A stretch of 64,000 nucleotides of DNA from contig OX597814.1 in the NCBI GenBank assembly GCA_951406725.2, positions 179,056,001 through 179,120,000 of the forward strand, in the 5' to 3' direction. This document shows, piece after piece, positions 27,300 through 41,025 of this stretch; position 1 is the stretch's first letter; every line of letters begins with the position of its first letter. The notes under the pieces were generated by a model, which saw only the letters and a program-made list of their open reading frames with translations, searched no databases and was not told the origin of the DNA. Source of the DNA: Octopus vulgaris (taxonomy: Eukaryota). The position numbers and the translations under genes were made by a program.

Positions 27300-28108
27300 A
27301 ATCACTATTTTTATTCCTATAGCTTCTTTATTATTTTTATATGATAGGTTGGCTGACTTATTTGTTATTTGTTTTAGATGCATTTATCAATATTTTAATA
27401 TGATAATGATAAGCGATAGAATTGAATAGAGCTAAATACAGTATGCTAAACGAAATTGGCAGCAATCACAAAAAAGCGCAAAGAAAAACCGTCGAGTAAT
27501 AAAAACATCATTTTAATATCCTCGCAGATTATCCGTACAATGACATTGAAAAACCGAATGCGAAAAACGGTAGCAAGTAATATCAGTAAAACAAAAAGCA
27601 AATAAGAAATCACAAAAAATAAATAAACTAACAGAAACAAAGAAAAAACAAAAGCAAGCACATTCATAATGATTCCTATGAGCAACTCAACAAAACAATA
27701 TGGCGGAAATGTTTATCATTCTCTCTTATATACTTCTGTACATTAACAAATCTACGTTGTATAAATTGACACGTTCACTACTCTGCAGAATGTCGGCGGA
27801 ATCGCATTTCAAGTTGGTTGTATGGACTTCCGATGGGCTGTCAGATTTGGCAGACTTTCAGCTGATATTTAGAAAAACACAAAACGTTATAGCTAAGTAC
27901 ATAAGTATATGTATATATATATATATAAACTAAGTTGTCATGTTGTCACTGTGTTTAATGTTGTGTGTATTTAGTGTTAGTAATGCATGGGGAAATTTAG
28001 GGTGTTCTGCTTTATCCATAAAAATACAATATGATTTATGTATGGATGCAGGATAGTATATACACATGCATGGATACATACATATATATATATGTATATA
28101 TATATATA

Positions 28109-28140
<32 letters not shown>

Positions 28141-28892
28141 CCAATTAAGGACTGAACACGAAAAGTGGACAGTCAACATGCTAGATATAGACGTCAAATC
28201 GCCATTCACCACAAAAGATTATGTTCTCAGATCAAACTCAACACAAAACCATAGCAATAGACAAGTGAAAAATATACGAAATAAAATAATTACCCATGTA
28301 CTAATTAGTTTCAGCTGTTATTTTCCGCAAGGAAAACTGCTGCCATCATCAGCATGGTCCGTTATAAATGCAATTTGCTGGACTAGATGCAAACACGATA
28401 CCGAAATATCGCGTGCATGGAGTTCAGCCTATTACATTTGAATATATCTTTCAAATGCCTTTACTTTGGCGCGTTGAAACCCGAGAAAACTAGCCTGCAG
28501 CTAATAATTAGCAGCAGTCAATTTATCGGTTAGAGAACATATTTATTTATATAAAATTAATTAAGGGTAGAAATTGATATTTATCAATTAAGACCAGTGG
28601 TCTAGCATATTAAAAAAGAATCCGAAGATTAAAATATTTATATATACCAATTAAGGACTGAACACGAAAAGTGGACAGTCAACATGCTAGATATAGACGT
28701 CAAATCGCCATTCACCACAAAAGATTATGTTCTCAGTGGTGAATGGCGATTTGACGTCTATATCTAGCATGTTGACTGTCCACTTTTCGTGTTCAGTCCT
28801 TAATTGGTATATATAAATATTTTAATCTTCGGATTCTTTTTTAATATGCTAGACCACTGGTCTTAATTGATAAATATCAATTTCTACCCTTA

Positions 28893-28906
<14 letters not shown>
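28141..28906 (-). mobile_element. Non-autonomous Penelope-like element with direct and inverted pseudo-LTR segments, inserted in (TA)n
   Basis: 28141-28230 is repeated directly at 28647-28736. 28548-28718 is the perfect inverse of 28736-28906. Flanked by (TA)n on both sides, with an internal hammerhead. Confidence 0.85.
28294..28357 (-). ncRNA. Type-I hammerhead ribozyme with canonical core
   Basis: Minus strand CCAUG-CUGAUGA-UGGCAGCAGUUUUCC(UUGC)GGAAAAUAACAGCU-GAAA-CUAAUUAG-UA-CAUGG: 5-bp stem I, intact CUGAUGA/GAAA, palindromic stem III ACUAAUUAGU, GUA cleavage triplet. Confidence 0.8.
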
Positions 28907-28941
<35 letters not shown>

Positions 28942-29547
28942 GCATGTTTATATGTATACATATATATACATTTATGCATATATGTGTCTGTGTGTGTTTG
29001 TGTGTGTGTATGCGTGCATGTGTAATATAAGATGTGGATTCAGAGAACCATACGGCCAAGACAGTAAGCTCTGCGTACGAAGAGGGTTATTACTCCACAT
29101 AGAAATCGATTTCAGTGTATTGCAAAGTATCCATGTAAATGAAAATGCTACAAGGCGTATGTAAAAACATTTAAGAGACACGAAAGGTTAATATTAACTT
29201 TCATAGATTTACGTCCGTTTCGCAACCTACTTCACGTAATAATGATTTAAGAAATGATAGGTATATGTGTGGATTAATATACATAGTTGTCATTTTACAA
29301 TATGATTGTGTAGTCACAAATTAATACAATTAAAAATTGCTGGCTCATCAGCTCACCAGAATATCATGTTTGCATGAACAGGTGATATAGGCACATATGA
29401 TATTTCACATTATAATAATAAACGATTGGAGATATTTAGTCAATGACACACTTTAGTGCTCAACAACCTCGACAGTAGTTGTTGCTATATCATTATAACT
29501 ATGTGAATTCAACACAGGGGATGAATGGATCTCCAATGCAACATATT

Positions 29548-29977
29548 CATTTCTGCCCTCGGCACAAAGCCCCAAACTTCTGGGGAGGGGACCAGTCGAT
29601 TAGATGGACTCCAGTACGCAACTGGTACTTAATTTATCGACCCCGAAATGATGAAAGGCAAAGTCAAACTCGGCGGAATTTGAACTCAGAACGTAAAAAC
29701 AGACAAAATACCGCTAAGAATTTCGCCCGGCGTGCTTACGTTTCTTATTTCTTTACTGTCCACAAGGGGTTACACACAGAGGGGACACACAAGAACAGAC
29801 AAACGGATTAAGTCGATTATATCAACCCCAGTGCGTAACTGGTACTTATTTAATCAACCCCGAAAGGATGAAAGGCAAAGTCGACCTCAGCGGAAATTGA
29901 ACTCACAACGTAAGGCAGACGAAATACCGCTAAGCATTCCGCCCGGCGTGCTAACGTTTCTTCCAGCTCACCGCTTA
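29548..29977 (-). mobile_element. Dimeric family-A SINE
   Basis: Two tandem family-A units enclosed by a single TSD TCC(A/G)ATGCAACATATT at 29532-29547 and 29978-29993. Confidence 0.85.
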
Positions 29978-30230
29978 TCCGATGCAACATATTAAGAGAA
30001 TAAGAGACACATAAACACATCATACCTCACAGAATATGTAGTTGCTTCCTTTGAACATTGATCAACTATCTAACAAGCATTATTACATGTACCTATATGG
30101 ATGTATGCGTATGTATCTATGTATATATATATACATACATATGTATATATGTATATACATATATATATATGTGTATATATTATTTATATATATATATATA
30201 CATATATATATACATACATACATACATACA

Positions 30231-30266
<36 letters not shown>

Positions 30267-30321
30267 CATATATATATGTGTGTATGTATATATATACATA
30301 TGTATATATATATACATATAA

Positions 30322-30591
30322 TAAATATTAGGGAATAAATCCAAATTTACAGGGAAAAATCAGATTTAGGATTGAATCCAATTTTATAGTAAAATATTAT
30401 ATAATATTAATTAGAGACAAAACCACTATTATGCAAATCAAACCTGATGAATGTCCTTAGAAGTGACAAGAAACAATTGTAGTGGATAACTTAATTTTAT
30501 TTAATTTATATAAAATTTTGTATGTATTGGATTAAGTCTTTCTTTGTTTGATTTGCATAATAGTGGTTTTGTCTCTAATTAATATTATATA
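30322..30591 (+). mobile_element. PLE pseudo-LTR fragment with 46-bp inverted arm and hammerhead core, in (TA)n
   Basis: 30398-30443 is the perfect inverse of 30546-30591. 30444-30481 reads CUGAUGA-A-UGUC(CUUAGAAGU)GACA-A-GAAA-CAAUUG-UA. Confidence 0.75.
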
Positions 30592-30596
30592 TATAC

Positions 30597-30627
<31 letters not shown>

Positions 30628-30632
30628 CATAT

Positions 30633-30685
<53 letters not shown>

Positions 30686-33647
30686 CATATATATATACGT
30701 ATATATATATATATATATATGTATGTATATATATATATATGTATGTTTATATATCTATAATTCACAAATTGCATTCCTATATTCAGCATTTTTATAATTT
30801 GTAAGTCGTTATAGAAGCGTAAAAGTACATTTAACGGTTCTGGTTTCCCAGAAACGTTTCATAATATAATTAATATATTTTCCTGATAGGGATTTTAAAT
30901 TTCCAAATGATTTCTGTTCATCACCTCATTCTTCTTCTACAAAGCGCTCTTACATTATATCTGATCAAACTTCTCCTGATCTGCTGATTTGTTTATAGTT
31001 TTCTTTTTTTAATTCTCAGTGTTTATTTTCACTTAGTTATACCAGTTATCATGGAAAGAAATGTGAGTGTTTGTGTGTGTGTTTATGCGCTCTTTTGTGA
31101 GTGTCTGAGAGTATGTGCGTGTGTGACTGTCTGAGTGTGTGAGTCTGTATATTATTAAGTTTGTGTTGATTGATTTTCGATGGTTTTAGTTTTATTGTAT
31201 CCTTATCTGTGTTTTACATTAGTGCTTAGCTGTCGATATCTCGGCTTTGTTACTCAAATCTTTGATTTACTGGGAGCATACTTTCCACATGTATGTGGCT
31301 TTTTAATATTAAATTGATGTTAAGTTTTGTTTCCTCAATGAATGTCTGCATACCATTTGTTTTCGTCGCGATAGGAATTTTACCATCCAGTTCTTTTTGT
31401 TTCTAGAATCAAATCTGTTTTGCTACATATAGTACACTCTATCTGCGCCATGGCTAATATTTTTTTGTTTATACTTTCATGCAATAGGGTCTTTCGTTTC
31501 TTGAAAATCGCCTGCGCTGGTTAAATTCTTGTAGGTTCTTTCTCACAATAATAGCCGCTATGCACCACATAAATTTCCAACGCTCTTTACTAAGTCTCCT
31601 ATCAAGATGTATATTTTTGCATCTATTGATACAGCAGAGCTGAAAGAGATTAAAAGAACATATATATCCTATAATGCAAGTGAAGGATTCAGCAGCCGCC
31701 ACATGCAATTTCTAGCAATGGTTTTGTATTTTGAATTAATGGTGTTTGTTTGGGGTTGTGAATTACTAATCGATGGTCACTAATACATTTGTAGAATGAA
31801 TTTGCTACGTACAGGTGTCATATTCTGGGATTGTTTTAACCAAACCTTTCGTCGTCATACTGTGAAGAAAATACGATCTTAATGCTAGCTGCTGTTTCAG
31901 TATCATGCCCCACCGTAACATGACGACGTTGACTATATCACCAGCAAATTCAGCACAGTATCTACATCTACCTACTTATGTATAGTATTAAACTGTAACC
32001 GTATTCTGTCTTTTTTTATCCAGGTAAAAATACCTCGTGCCTTTATCCATTTTATACGGTCATGTTCCAATGGAATTTAGATGGGTTTCAGCTGTGCTTC
32101 CCAATATAGCTTTCAATGTTAGTATTTCACTGTCAACATAATGGCGAAAGACCTGTGTTTTTCTAATCGGACATGATCCGGCTTTTTCAGATCGTGTTTA
32201 AGAATATATTATCACATGTAAGATTTATGACATCTCCGAGCTCATAGGTATCGGCAAGGGGAAATAACACATCACTCTCGTAGATTATCTTCATACATTA
32301 CTACGAAATTTCCATCAATCTTAATTGATGAATATGGTGATCATGCATCGATGCTGCTTATAATGATATGTCTCTGGCTATAAGTGTGCTTGCTCTCACT
32401 GATTCCGTTGAGAGATATGTAAATGAAGAAATAAAATACCAAACCTATATCCCATCATTATCCTCACACGCTTGCCATGGCGATGTTAACATGAGACTAT
32501 ATTACAGAAGAATAGTCAGAGTGTGATTCTAAATAACTTTAAAATCTAAACCCATTGAGAAATTTACAGAAAGAGTGAGAAAAGATTATTGCGAGAAAGG
32601 ATAAAATATAACAATGATATCCTATATATATATGCATAAATAATCTTTATCAAACATACATATACATATACAGACACACCCAGAAATGTAAGTATTGATC
32701 AATGTCGAACATCTCAACCACAAGTTTAACTTTTCAACTGAAGGACTTGTTCATTAAATAAACTCATATTTTTGTCGAATATCTCGGTGTCTAAAGCTAG
32801 GAGCTTCGATTGTGTTATATCTTAACATGGATACTGCAGAGCGTGTCAAAATATAAGATATTCCAATTTGAGGGCTCACAAACATAGCAAAAATATTTCT
32901 TGTAAACAGCATTTTAATTCTCAGATTATCTCAGAAGTTAACTTATTCGTCATATGAATATCAAAACATTCAATTTCCAGTAAGACACAGGCTTGAAAAT
33001 ACTGAATGAGAGTTTGAAAAGAAATCATTGAAATGACTTTGAGTAGATGCGATATTTTCACATATTCATATTTATGCTAGACCATGAATTGTTTTAACTC
33101 CAGATCTCCTTGTCATCACAACCCATCCAGACAACACCAAGTATACTACGTATGCAACGCATCGCAGCGAGGACTTAACGAGGATTCGTAATGTCGCTGT
33201 AATTCATACATTATTGTATATTCGATACTCATACAGCTGGTAATTCATGTTGAAATCTGCATATTACAGATCGACGTTACTAAGATACAATAACACAAGA
33301 CACGCACGTCAACAAGTACCAACTGTGGTGCAGGCAGCCATATTTCTGCATATGTATGTATGTGTGTGTATGTGTGTGAGTGTGCTTATGTGTGTGTGTT
33401 CGTGTGTATGAGCGCGCACGGAGGTGCGTATGTATATATATATATATATTCAATCATATGTACGTATATATATATATATATGTATGGATATACACGCATA
33501 GATAAATGTGTATAAAATGCTTACATACGCACACACACAAGCACACACACAAACATACATTTAGGTGTACACTTAGAAGATATGCCGGTGCATTTAATAT
33601 AGATTTTGCTCCTGCTGGAAGCTGTCAATATATCACTCTGTCATAAT

Positions 33648-33649
<2 letters not shown>

Positions 33650-33702
<53 letters not shown>

Positions 33703-33736
33703 AAGAGACAGAGAGAGAGAAAGAGAGAGAGAGATG

Positions 33737-33791
<55 letters not shown>

Positions 33792-33815
33792 GATAGATAG
33801 ATAGATATAGATATA
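33650..33815. repeat. Compound (CA)/(TA)/(GA)/(GATA) microsatellite
   Basis: Direct reading. Confidence 0.95.
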
Positions 33816-34371
33816 TCAATACGTACGTTTGTATGTGTATGTGTGTGTGTGTTTCTATTTACATATTTAACTATACATTTACGTACAGATATCTGTGTGC
33901 ATCTGTGTATGTTTGTGTGTGTTTGTGTGTGTGTGTGTTGCTGTGTATATGTATGTTAGTGTGGTTACGAATATGTTATTGTGCCTTTGCGTGTGATTAC
34001 TCGCGGATGTGTGTGCATACATTATGTACGAAAACAGCTGCATAGCTCATTAAGTGTGAGACAGACATAATAAATTCTGAAAACATAGAAAATTATTATG
34101 AAACAACAGTGAAAATAACATATTAGTAGACAACAATAAATATTGCAGCACGTGGCGATAATCCATCATCTTCCGATATTACCAGATATAAATTTTAATG
34201 AATATATACACACACATGCGCGCGAGCATGTGTGATATTTTCCATACGCAGCTGTCTTGTTTATAGAAAGATATTATTAAACATACATGCCAGTGTACGA
34301 ATATACAACCTAAAGTCTCTATTTTTTCTCTGTATCTTCATATGCGTCTGTTTGTGTGCGTTTGTATGTTG

Positions 34372-34416
<45 letters not shown>

Positions 34417-34817
34417 TGTAAGCGCGCCTGTGCGTGCGAGTGGACGTAGAGTTTTGCTTTCAAACCGATACTTGACCCAAATTCTTTGGACAAAATATAT
34501 TCTGTCAAATACATCGAAGTCCAAGTGGTGGTTTTAAACTGGATAGATGATTAAGATTTAAAAAAAAAAAAACTGTCCTTTCTTCCTAATCCCTACGCAA
34601 TTTTTCTGTCAAACAATTTTAACGCACAAGAGGCTGATGCATGGTGAACTGGATTCGTTTGTCTTACACATGAATGTATAATATTTATACAAAATGACAT
34701 ATTTGGAAGCAAAATTCATTCGATATTCAATTCTGATACAATTTTATTAACAAAAAGCTAGACACCGCGTATGTATATGGATTAATACATTTGTTGCAAT
34801 AATATTAAAACATTGAA

Positions 34818-35048
34818 GGCGGCGAGCTGGCAGAAACGTTAGCACGCCGAGCGAAATATGTAGCCGCGTTTCGTCTGCCGTTACGTTCTGAGTTCAAATT
34901 CCGCCGAGGTCGACTTTGCCTTTCATGCTTTCGGGGTCGAAAAATTAAGCACCAATTAAGCATTGGGGTCGATGTAATCGACTTTATCAGTGTGTCTGTC
35001 CTTGTTTGTCCCCTCTCTGTTTAGCCCCTCGTGGGTAGTAAAGAAATA
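34818..35048 (+). mobile_element. Family-A SINE
   Basis: Colinear with 12969-13197. ~20-bp TSD with 2 mismatches at 34798-34817 and 35049-35068. Confidence 0.92.
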
Positions 35049-37104
35049 AATAATACTAAAACCTTGAATTTTGAGAAAGATAATTTACACTTTGAAGATG
35101 CATTTGACTATGGGTATCAGAAAATAGGGCAACCCATTTAGCTATAAAAAGAAATCTATTATCGAAAACAACACATAGTGATCTATAATGGGAATAAGTA
35201 AGAATAAGTAATATACAGCAGCATTTTTTTAAAGAATTTTGATAAGGCTCGGTTGCGATATTTAATGAAGAATCTGGTAATCACACCCTTATAGTAATCA
35301 TCGTATTGTAATATATCAGGTTTCAAATAGTTGATCGTGATTTGCAATACGATAAAATGCTAGGAAAAACGTATGTTAGAAAAAAAAAACGTGTTTCGGG
35401 TGATCACTGTTATAATCTAACATGAATCTCACTGATCATATTTTTGACGAATTGAATTCTGATGCATAAATTTATTTTCTATATTTTAACTTGAAATCTT
35501 TTCCGCAAGAATGGAGAACTTTGTAAATCTTCTAAACATGTTTACAACGATTGTCTCTCGGCGGTGTTCCGATGTAGCAAATACGGTCTTAAAAAGGTCA
35601 TACCATGACGTTTGTATATTTAGATTTTCGTTTAGAAGTAGAGTGTAGTCGTTTTTGTCTTAAGGTTTATTATTTTTTTTTTTAAGTTATAAAATGGTTA
35701 AAGTAAAATATGCATTCCAGGAAATAGTAAAATATCGTCTTGCAAAGAAATCAATCAATAAACAAGACCAAATATAATTCCTAAAATCTAAGAAAATGGA
35801 GAAATGAAAATTGTATTGAAATCTAGCGTCTGAAAGGGAAATGCCAAGTCAGATAAATCTTTCATGTATTTTATTTCCGTTTCAAACTCAATGCAACTAA
35901 TGATATCAATATGATATTGAAATGAACACTACCATTATAATAAGGGTTTTTAAAATACATAGAGTCAAATTTCAAAGTTATTTAGAAAAAGAAACAAGTT
36001 AAAAATATCGGTAAGAAGGATTATGAAAGGCTCTTTACAAATCATTTCGTTTCTTCGGTAAGAGATATTCGCTAGAAAAACTCAAATTTTGTTAATAATG
36101 GACAGAAGTATAAAGACACTTAGTGGATTATTTCATACTATTCATGGTTGGTTTATCGAGAACGATCAATAACTGGTCATCAGATTCTTCGGCATTTCCG
36201 AATTAAATTTAATTTTGATATTGCTTCATTGTTGGAGTCAATTCTTTGAAAGAATGTATTCTTTCCCTCCACTTCATATTTTTTGTTCATCGTTTCCTTT
36301 TTCTCTTTCTGTCTCATCTCGTTCTCTTTCAACTTCTCTCTCTCTCTTTTTCCGTATACATACTCCCTCACAAAGACACACACACACACATATATATTTA
36401 TATACATTTCTGCATGTGTGAATATATGTGCGTTCATGTGATTTCTCTGTGAGTATCTTATGCTTACTGAACCATTAAAATGCCTTTCACTAATCGTTTC
36501 TTGTATTCACTAGCGTCTTGTTGATTTTTGTAAAGCGAGACAGCTTTATTTTCGACATCTTCAGCAGCCAGCTTCAGAAAAAAAGGGGGATTAAATTGTA
36601 TTATGAGAATTAGCTGCTGGTGAATAAACGGAGACGCTCGATATTTTCAATAAAATGACATTAAGTATGAAGCTTCACTAAGGAAGCTTAGTGTATGATC
36701 CCGTCTATATATTTCTAAGAGCATATTGCTTCTGTATTTCTGTGAAATATATGTTGCGATTGGATGTTATGGTGAGAGAAAAAGCGATGGCTTAATCATA
36801 ACAAATTCTCTCAATATTCTCAACTGCCATTTTTAATTAACCCACCAACCCATATAAGCGCCTGTAGTGGTATACGTGATCATCCGGTTTCCAGTTATGC
36901 TAATATGGAGTGAATATGAAATATATGCAAATATTGATGCAGACGTGGTTTTGTGTTTATGAAGTTCGCCTCAAAGCTACTTGGTTTCGGGTTAAGTCCC
37001 ATTGCGCGGCATCTTTTTCAATTGCACGACATCTTTGGCAATTGCGCGACATCTTTGGTATATTATATTCTCAGCACCCATCAATATATGAGTTTTCAGC
37101 TTGA

Positions 37105-37345
37105 AAATGGCTGAGTACACCACAGACTCGTGCACCCTTATCGTAGTTCTTACGGAAATTCAGCGTGACACAGAATGTGACATGGCTGGGTCTTTTATAC
37201 ACAGGTACTACTCAATTTTGCCAGCTGAGGTGACTAGAACAACGAAAAATAAAATCTCTTACTGAAACACATGACGTGCCGCCAACGATCGAGCTAACAA
37301 CCATAAAGTCGTGAGCCGTATACCTTAGCCATTAAGTCACACTGC
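37105..37345 (-). mobile_element. Decayed tRNA-derived SINE (head/body as 51165, tail as 62032)
   Basis: Minus strand CTCAGCTGGCAAAATTGAGTA followed by GTCACGCTGAAT..AACTACGATAAGGGTGCACGAGTCTGTGG. Confidence 0.7.
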
Positions 37346-37439
37346 TTAAAACAACATAAAATGTTTGCAGTCAACGGTATTGGAAAGCATAAAAATTAAA
37401 GTTGTAGTCGAGAAAACTTAGCTGATATGAAGGACTAGA

Positions 37440-38700
37440 ATCCATCCGAATATTAGAATACGAGTTACCTGTATAGTGATTCGCGTCGACTGTTACTTAA
37501 TGCTCTGTGTGCATGGTAAAAGCTATAAGACGTAACGTGGACAACCACAACGGAGTCTAAGAGACAAAGGCCAGCAGAAAGAACACAGCAGGCTTCCTGA
37601 TAGAATTCGTCCACGACAGTGGTGAGCTAAGATTCGAGGAAGGGAAAAGGCGGCGAGCTGGCAGAAACGTTTGCACGCCGGGCGAAATGCTTAGTAGCAT
37701 TTCGTCTGCTGTTACATTCTGAGTACCAATTACGCACTGGGGTCGATGTAATCGACTTAATCATTTGTCTGTCTTTTTTGTTCCCTCTATGTTTAGCTGG
37801 AAGAAACGTTAACACGCCGGGCGAAATGCTTATCGGTATTTCGTCTGCCGCTATGTTCTGAGTTCAAATTCCACCGAGTTCAACTTCGCCTTTCATCCTT
37901 TCGACATCGATTATATAAGTACCAGTTACGCACTGGGGTTGTATTAATCGACTTAATCTGTTCGTCTCTCCTTGGTTGTCCCCTCTGTGTGTAGCCCCTT
38001 GCGGCCAGTAAAGAAATAGGGATTTCGTCTGCCGTTACGTTTTGAGCTCAAATTCCGCCGAAGTCAACTTTGCCTTTCATCATTTTGGGGTAGATAAATT
38101 AAGTACCAGTTACGCACTGGGGTCGATGTAATCGACTTATTCTCTTTGTCTGACCTTGTTTGTCCTCTCTATGTTTAACCGCTTGTGAGCAATAAATAAA
38201 TAAGATTCGAGCAAGGGATTCCGCTCATCGGCAAGAAAGATGAGTGTTCAATTCTCCATCATGAAGCTGGCCTTGAATGAGGATCTTTTCTAGAACTCCT
38301 GAACAACGTCCTGAACATGTTGAGGCATTCTGTTGAGGAGTATCTTGTTCTTCTCAAGTGAAAAGAGCAACTGCGAGTACCAGTTGCACAATGCCCAAAA
38401 CAACAGGTAGCTTCTCCATATTCCATGTGATACTTCACTTGTCAAGAACACCAGTTTCCCCAAACTGGAATAATATCTCTGCACGCTTGACTTAGGCTCA
38501 ATTCACACGGTCATGTGAAACTGCTGGAGAGTGTGGCCAACCTCTGGCCTCCGAGGTTTGCTACTATCCGCTCTTTCTGCACCATAAATGCCAAGCTGGT
38601 GGCCAAGATTAAGGAAGTATTCGAAGATCTTTCCAGGGGTACAGTGAGGAAAGCAAGTACCAGGTTAGGAAGTAATCTAAAATTTCAGTATTTAGACATT
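37440..38700 (+). mobile_element. Decayed Tc1/mariner-superfamily transposase relic interrupted by a SINE multimer
   Basis: Remnants FFSSEK (cf. FSDEK), LWPP and AKLVAKIKEVFEDLSRGTVRKA typical of the Tc1/mariner C-terminus. Heavily deleted. Confidence 0.5.
37646..38200 (+). mobile_element. Trimeric family-A SINE
   Basis: Three partial family-A units enclosed by an 18-bp TSD TAAGATTCGAG(G/C)AAGGGA at 37628-37645 and 38201-38218. Confidence 0.88.
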
Positions 38701-40079
38701 GGCTTACAACTTAATGTACATTATAAAACAACTAAAATCCTTTATGCATATAAGTCATAAATAATCATCACGGCAAATACATATTTCAGATAATTGATTA
38801 ATCAATATAAATTTATTTATTTATCAATTGCAATATAATTTGAATTAATTATTTCTAGCTGTATGAATATTTCCTAGATATAAACATTTATTTAGAAATT
38901 TGAATGTAATTAACATCTAGTGCAATTTTTGCCTTTCATCAATAATTTGCTAATGTAGAATGATGATATATCACAAAAAGACTAATGGAATATTGCCTTA
39001 ACCATTTACAATATTATCATTTTGTTCTCATTATAAACGCCAGTGGGTATATGTTCACATTATCTACATCGTTTTCCATTGCATATGTGTCAAGCAGTGA
39101 TTAGTTACTTTTCCAAAGATATTACTCAGCTCAGGAACTGATTCTGACTTTCAAACTAACCGGCCAAGCATGAACATGTATGATTTTTCACAAGTATCGA
39201 CAAATCAATCACAAAACATTATTTAACTATTTCCAACGTTTAATGGAAATCGAATAACATACACACAAATATACTCAGCTGTATATACATATATCTTACA
39301 TTTGTAACAAACATGTTTTTCTATTGCAATGTTTAATGCAATGTCCCTGATAGACTTCTGTTTTTACTGAAATTAAATTCCTCGATCAGTTATATGAGCA
39401 ATTATATATTATGTAAATTTTATTTGAGATCTCAGTAATGTAAACTAAACTGTACTAATCTGCGTGACTCATACAGAAATGCCGAGGGAATGAAAATATT
39501 GCTCAAAGAATGGAAATTCAATCATTGCAAAGAAAGTCATTTGTTGAGAAGACTAAAAGGAAAGCACGTCGCTTCCGATTGACAATGTTACACACAATGT
39601 TATCGACACCAATGCTTATATTTAATATGTGTACGTCAGAGTGTGCGCCTGAGTGTGTCTGTATTTGCGTGTACATATATAAAATTGCATTCACAGACAC
39701 ACACACACACGCAAACACACACACACACACATACGTATATATATATATGTATTGTGTGTGTATACGCATACACACGCACACACATATATATGTACATATA
39801 TGTATATGTGTGTATGTGTGTGTATGTATTACGAATCCCATGCACAATGCTTACAAAAGTAATCCTTTCTTTGCAGTTTATTTGGAGAAGGAATTCGGTT
39901 AAAAGTATGATTTTCTCTTGTTATGCTGAGCAATTAATGCATTATGTATCATATAGCTCCACTGTTAGTATTGTAGTATCTACAGTCATATTTTTTTATG
40001 TTTAATCTTTTATATATTTGCATCACTTTTGTTTTGTTTACTCATTCTCTAACATTCATTTTATCTAATGCCTGTGTTT

Positions 40080-40760
40080 GTTTAAGAAATCTGGAAATAA
40101 ATAGCATGGATGCATCTCAGCTCTTATTCTCCAAATATTCATGTGGTTTATTTGCAGATGTGCTGGAAGCAATGAGAGAGACAAAAAGAATGTAACAGAG
40201 AAATGCGTCTCCAAAATATGGAGGACGTCTGCCACTTTTATCAATAGCCGATAACCATTCAGCCAACACTTCATAGTTTGAAATGATGGTTGAATGGAAA
40301 TGGTACCCATACATATCATATATACCATACTGCTCAAATTTCAGTAACAATTTCTCATTCGTTGCCAGAAGAGTTTTAGCTTATATTTAAAATATTTTCT
40401 TCTTACTTGTCTAAGACCATAATGACTCCGTTTCTATCGATTATTTTCAGAAATGTCACCCTACCAAATACCACCAGATTTGCTACAAGTTACACTGCAA
40501 TCACTAAAACGTATCCACACTGCTCTCAATAAATATTATCCATGCATACACTCTCTAAGCACTTAAAAAGTCACCAAATACGAAACATTTTTCGATTACT
40601 CTAACTCAGCAATGTGACCAGGCTAGATGGTGTTTCATCCATCGTCCTCAAATATTTTAGAGATTGCTTGTATCCTCGCGAAAAATTTAGATTTTTCCCG
40701 TTATGTTTATGCCTTCCACTTTTTGAAATTGTCACAATGTCTGAAAAGATGTTGCACTGT
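40080..40760. mobile_element. Highly decayed CR1/L2-like RT fragments in opposite orientations
   Basis: Minus strand NEKLLLKFEQYGI (cf. HxKLLxKLxxYGI). Plus strand LDGVSSIVLK (cf. PGPDGIxxxVLK). Confidence 0.35.
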
Positions 40761-41025
40761 CTTTTGTCTTCAGCGGGTCACGTCTATAACTGCTAATTTA
40801 ATGTACCACATCTTCCCACAGCTCACCATTTCCATCACTTCCACGTTCCACCTAAGTATATCAGTACTAATTCCATAACCGAAAACCCTATTGAAGTTTA
40901 TAAAATAAAATCTGAAAACACAGTCTCACTCAAGAGAACAACGCCATAGTTAAGTAAGTATTTGATTTCTAGACCATCTTTCTCGTTGAAAACATTGCAC
41001 TAGACAGGAACAGGCGTAGCTGTCT

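Noticed and set aside
27446-27685. Hydrophobic 79-aa membrane-like ORF
   Set aside because: Arises from T-rich low-complexity sequence with a non-ATG start.
40117-40350. Protein-like ORF FEQYGIYDMYGYHF.. as a host exon
   Set aside because: Better explained as a decayed CR1-type RT remnant; no convincing splice sites.
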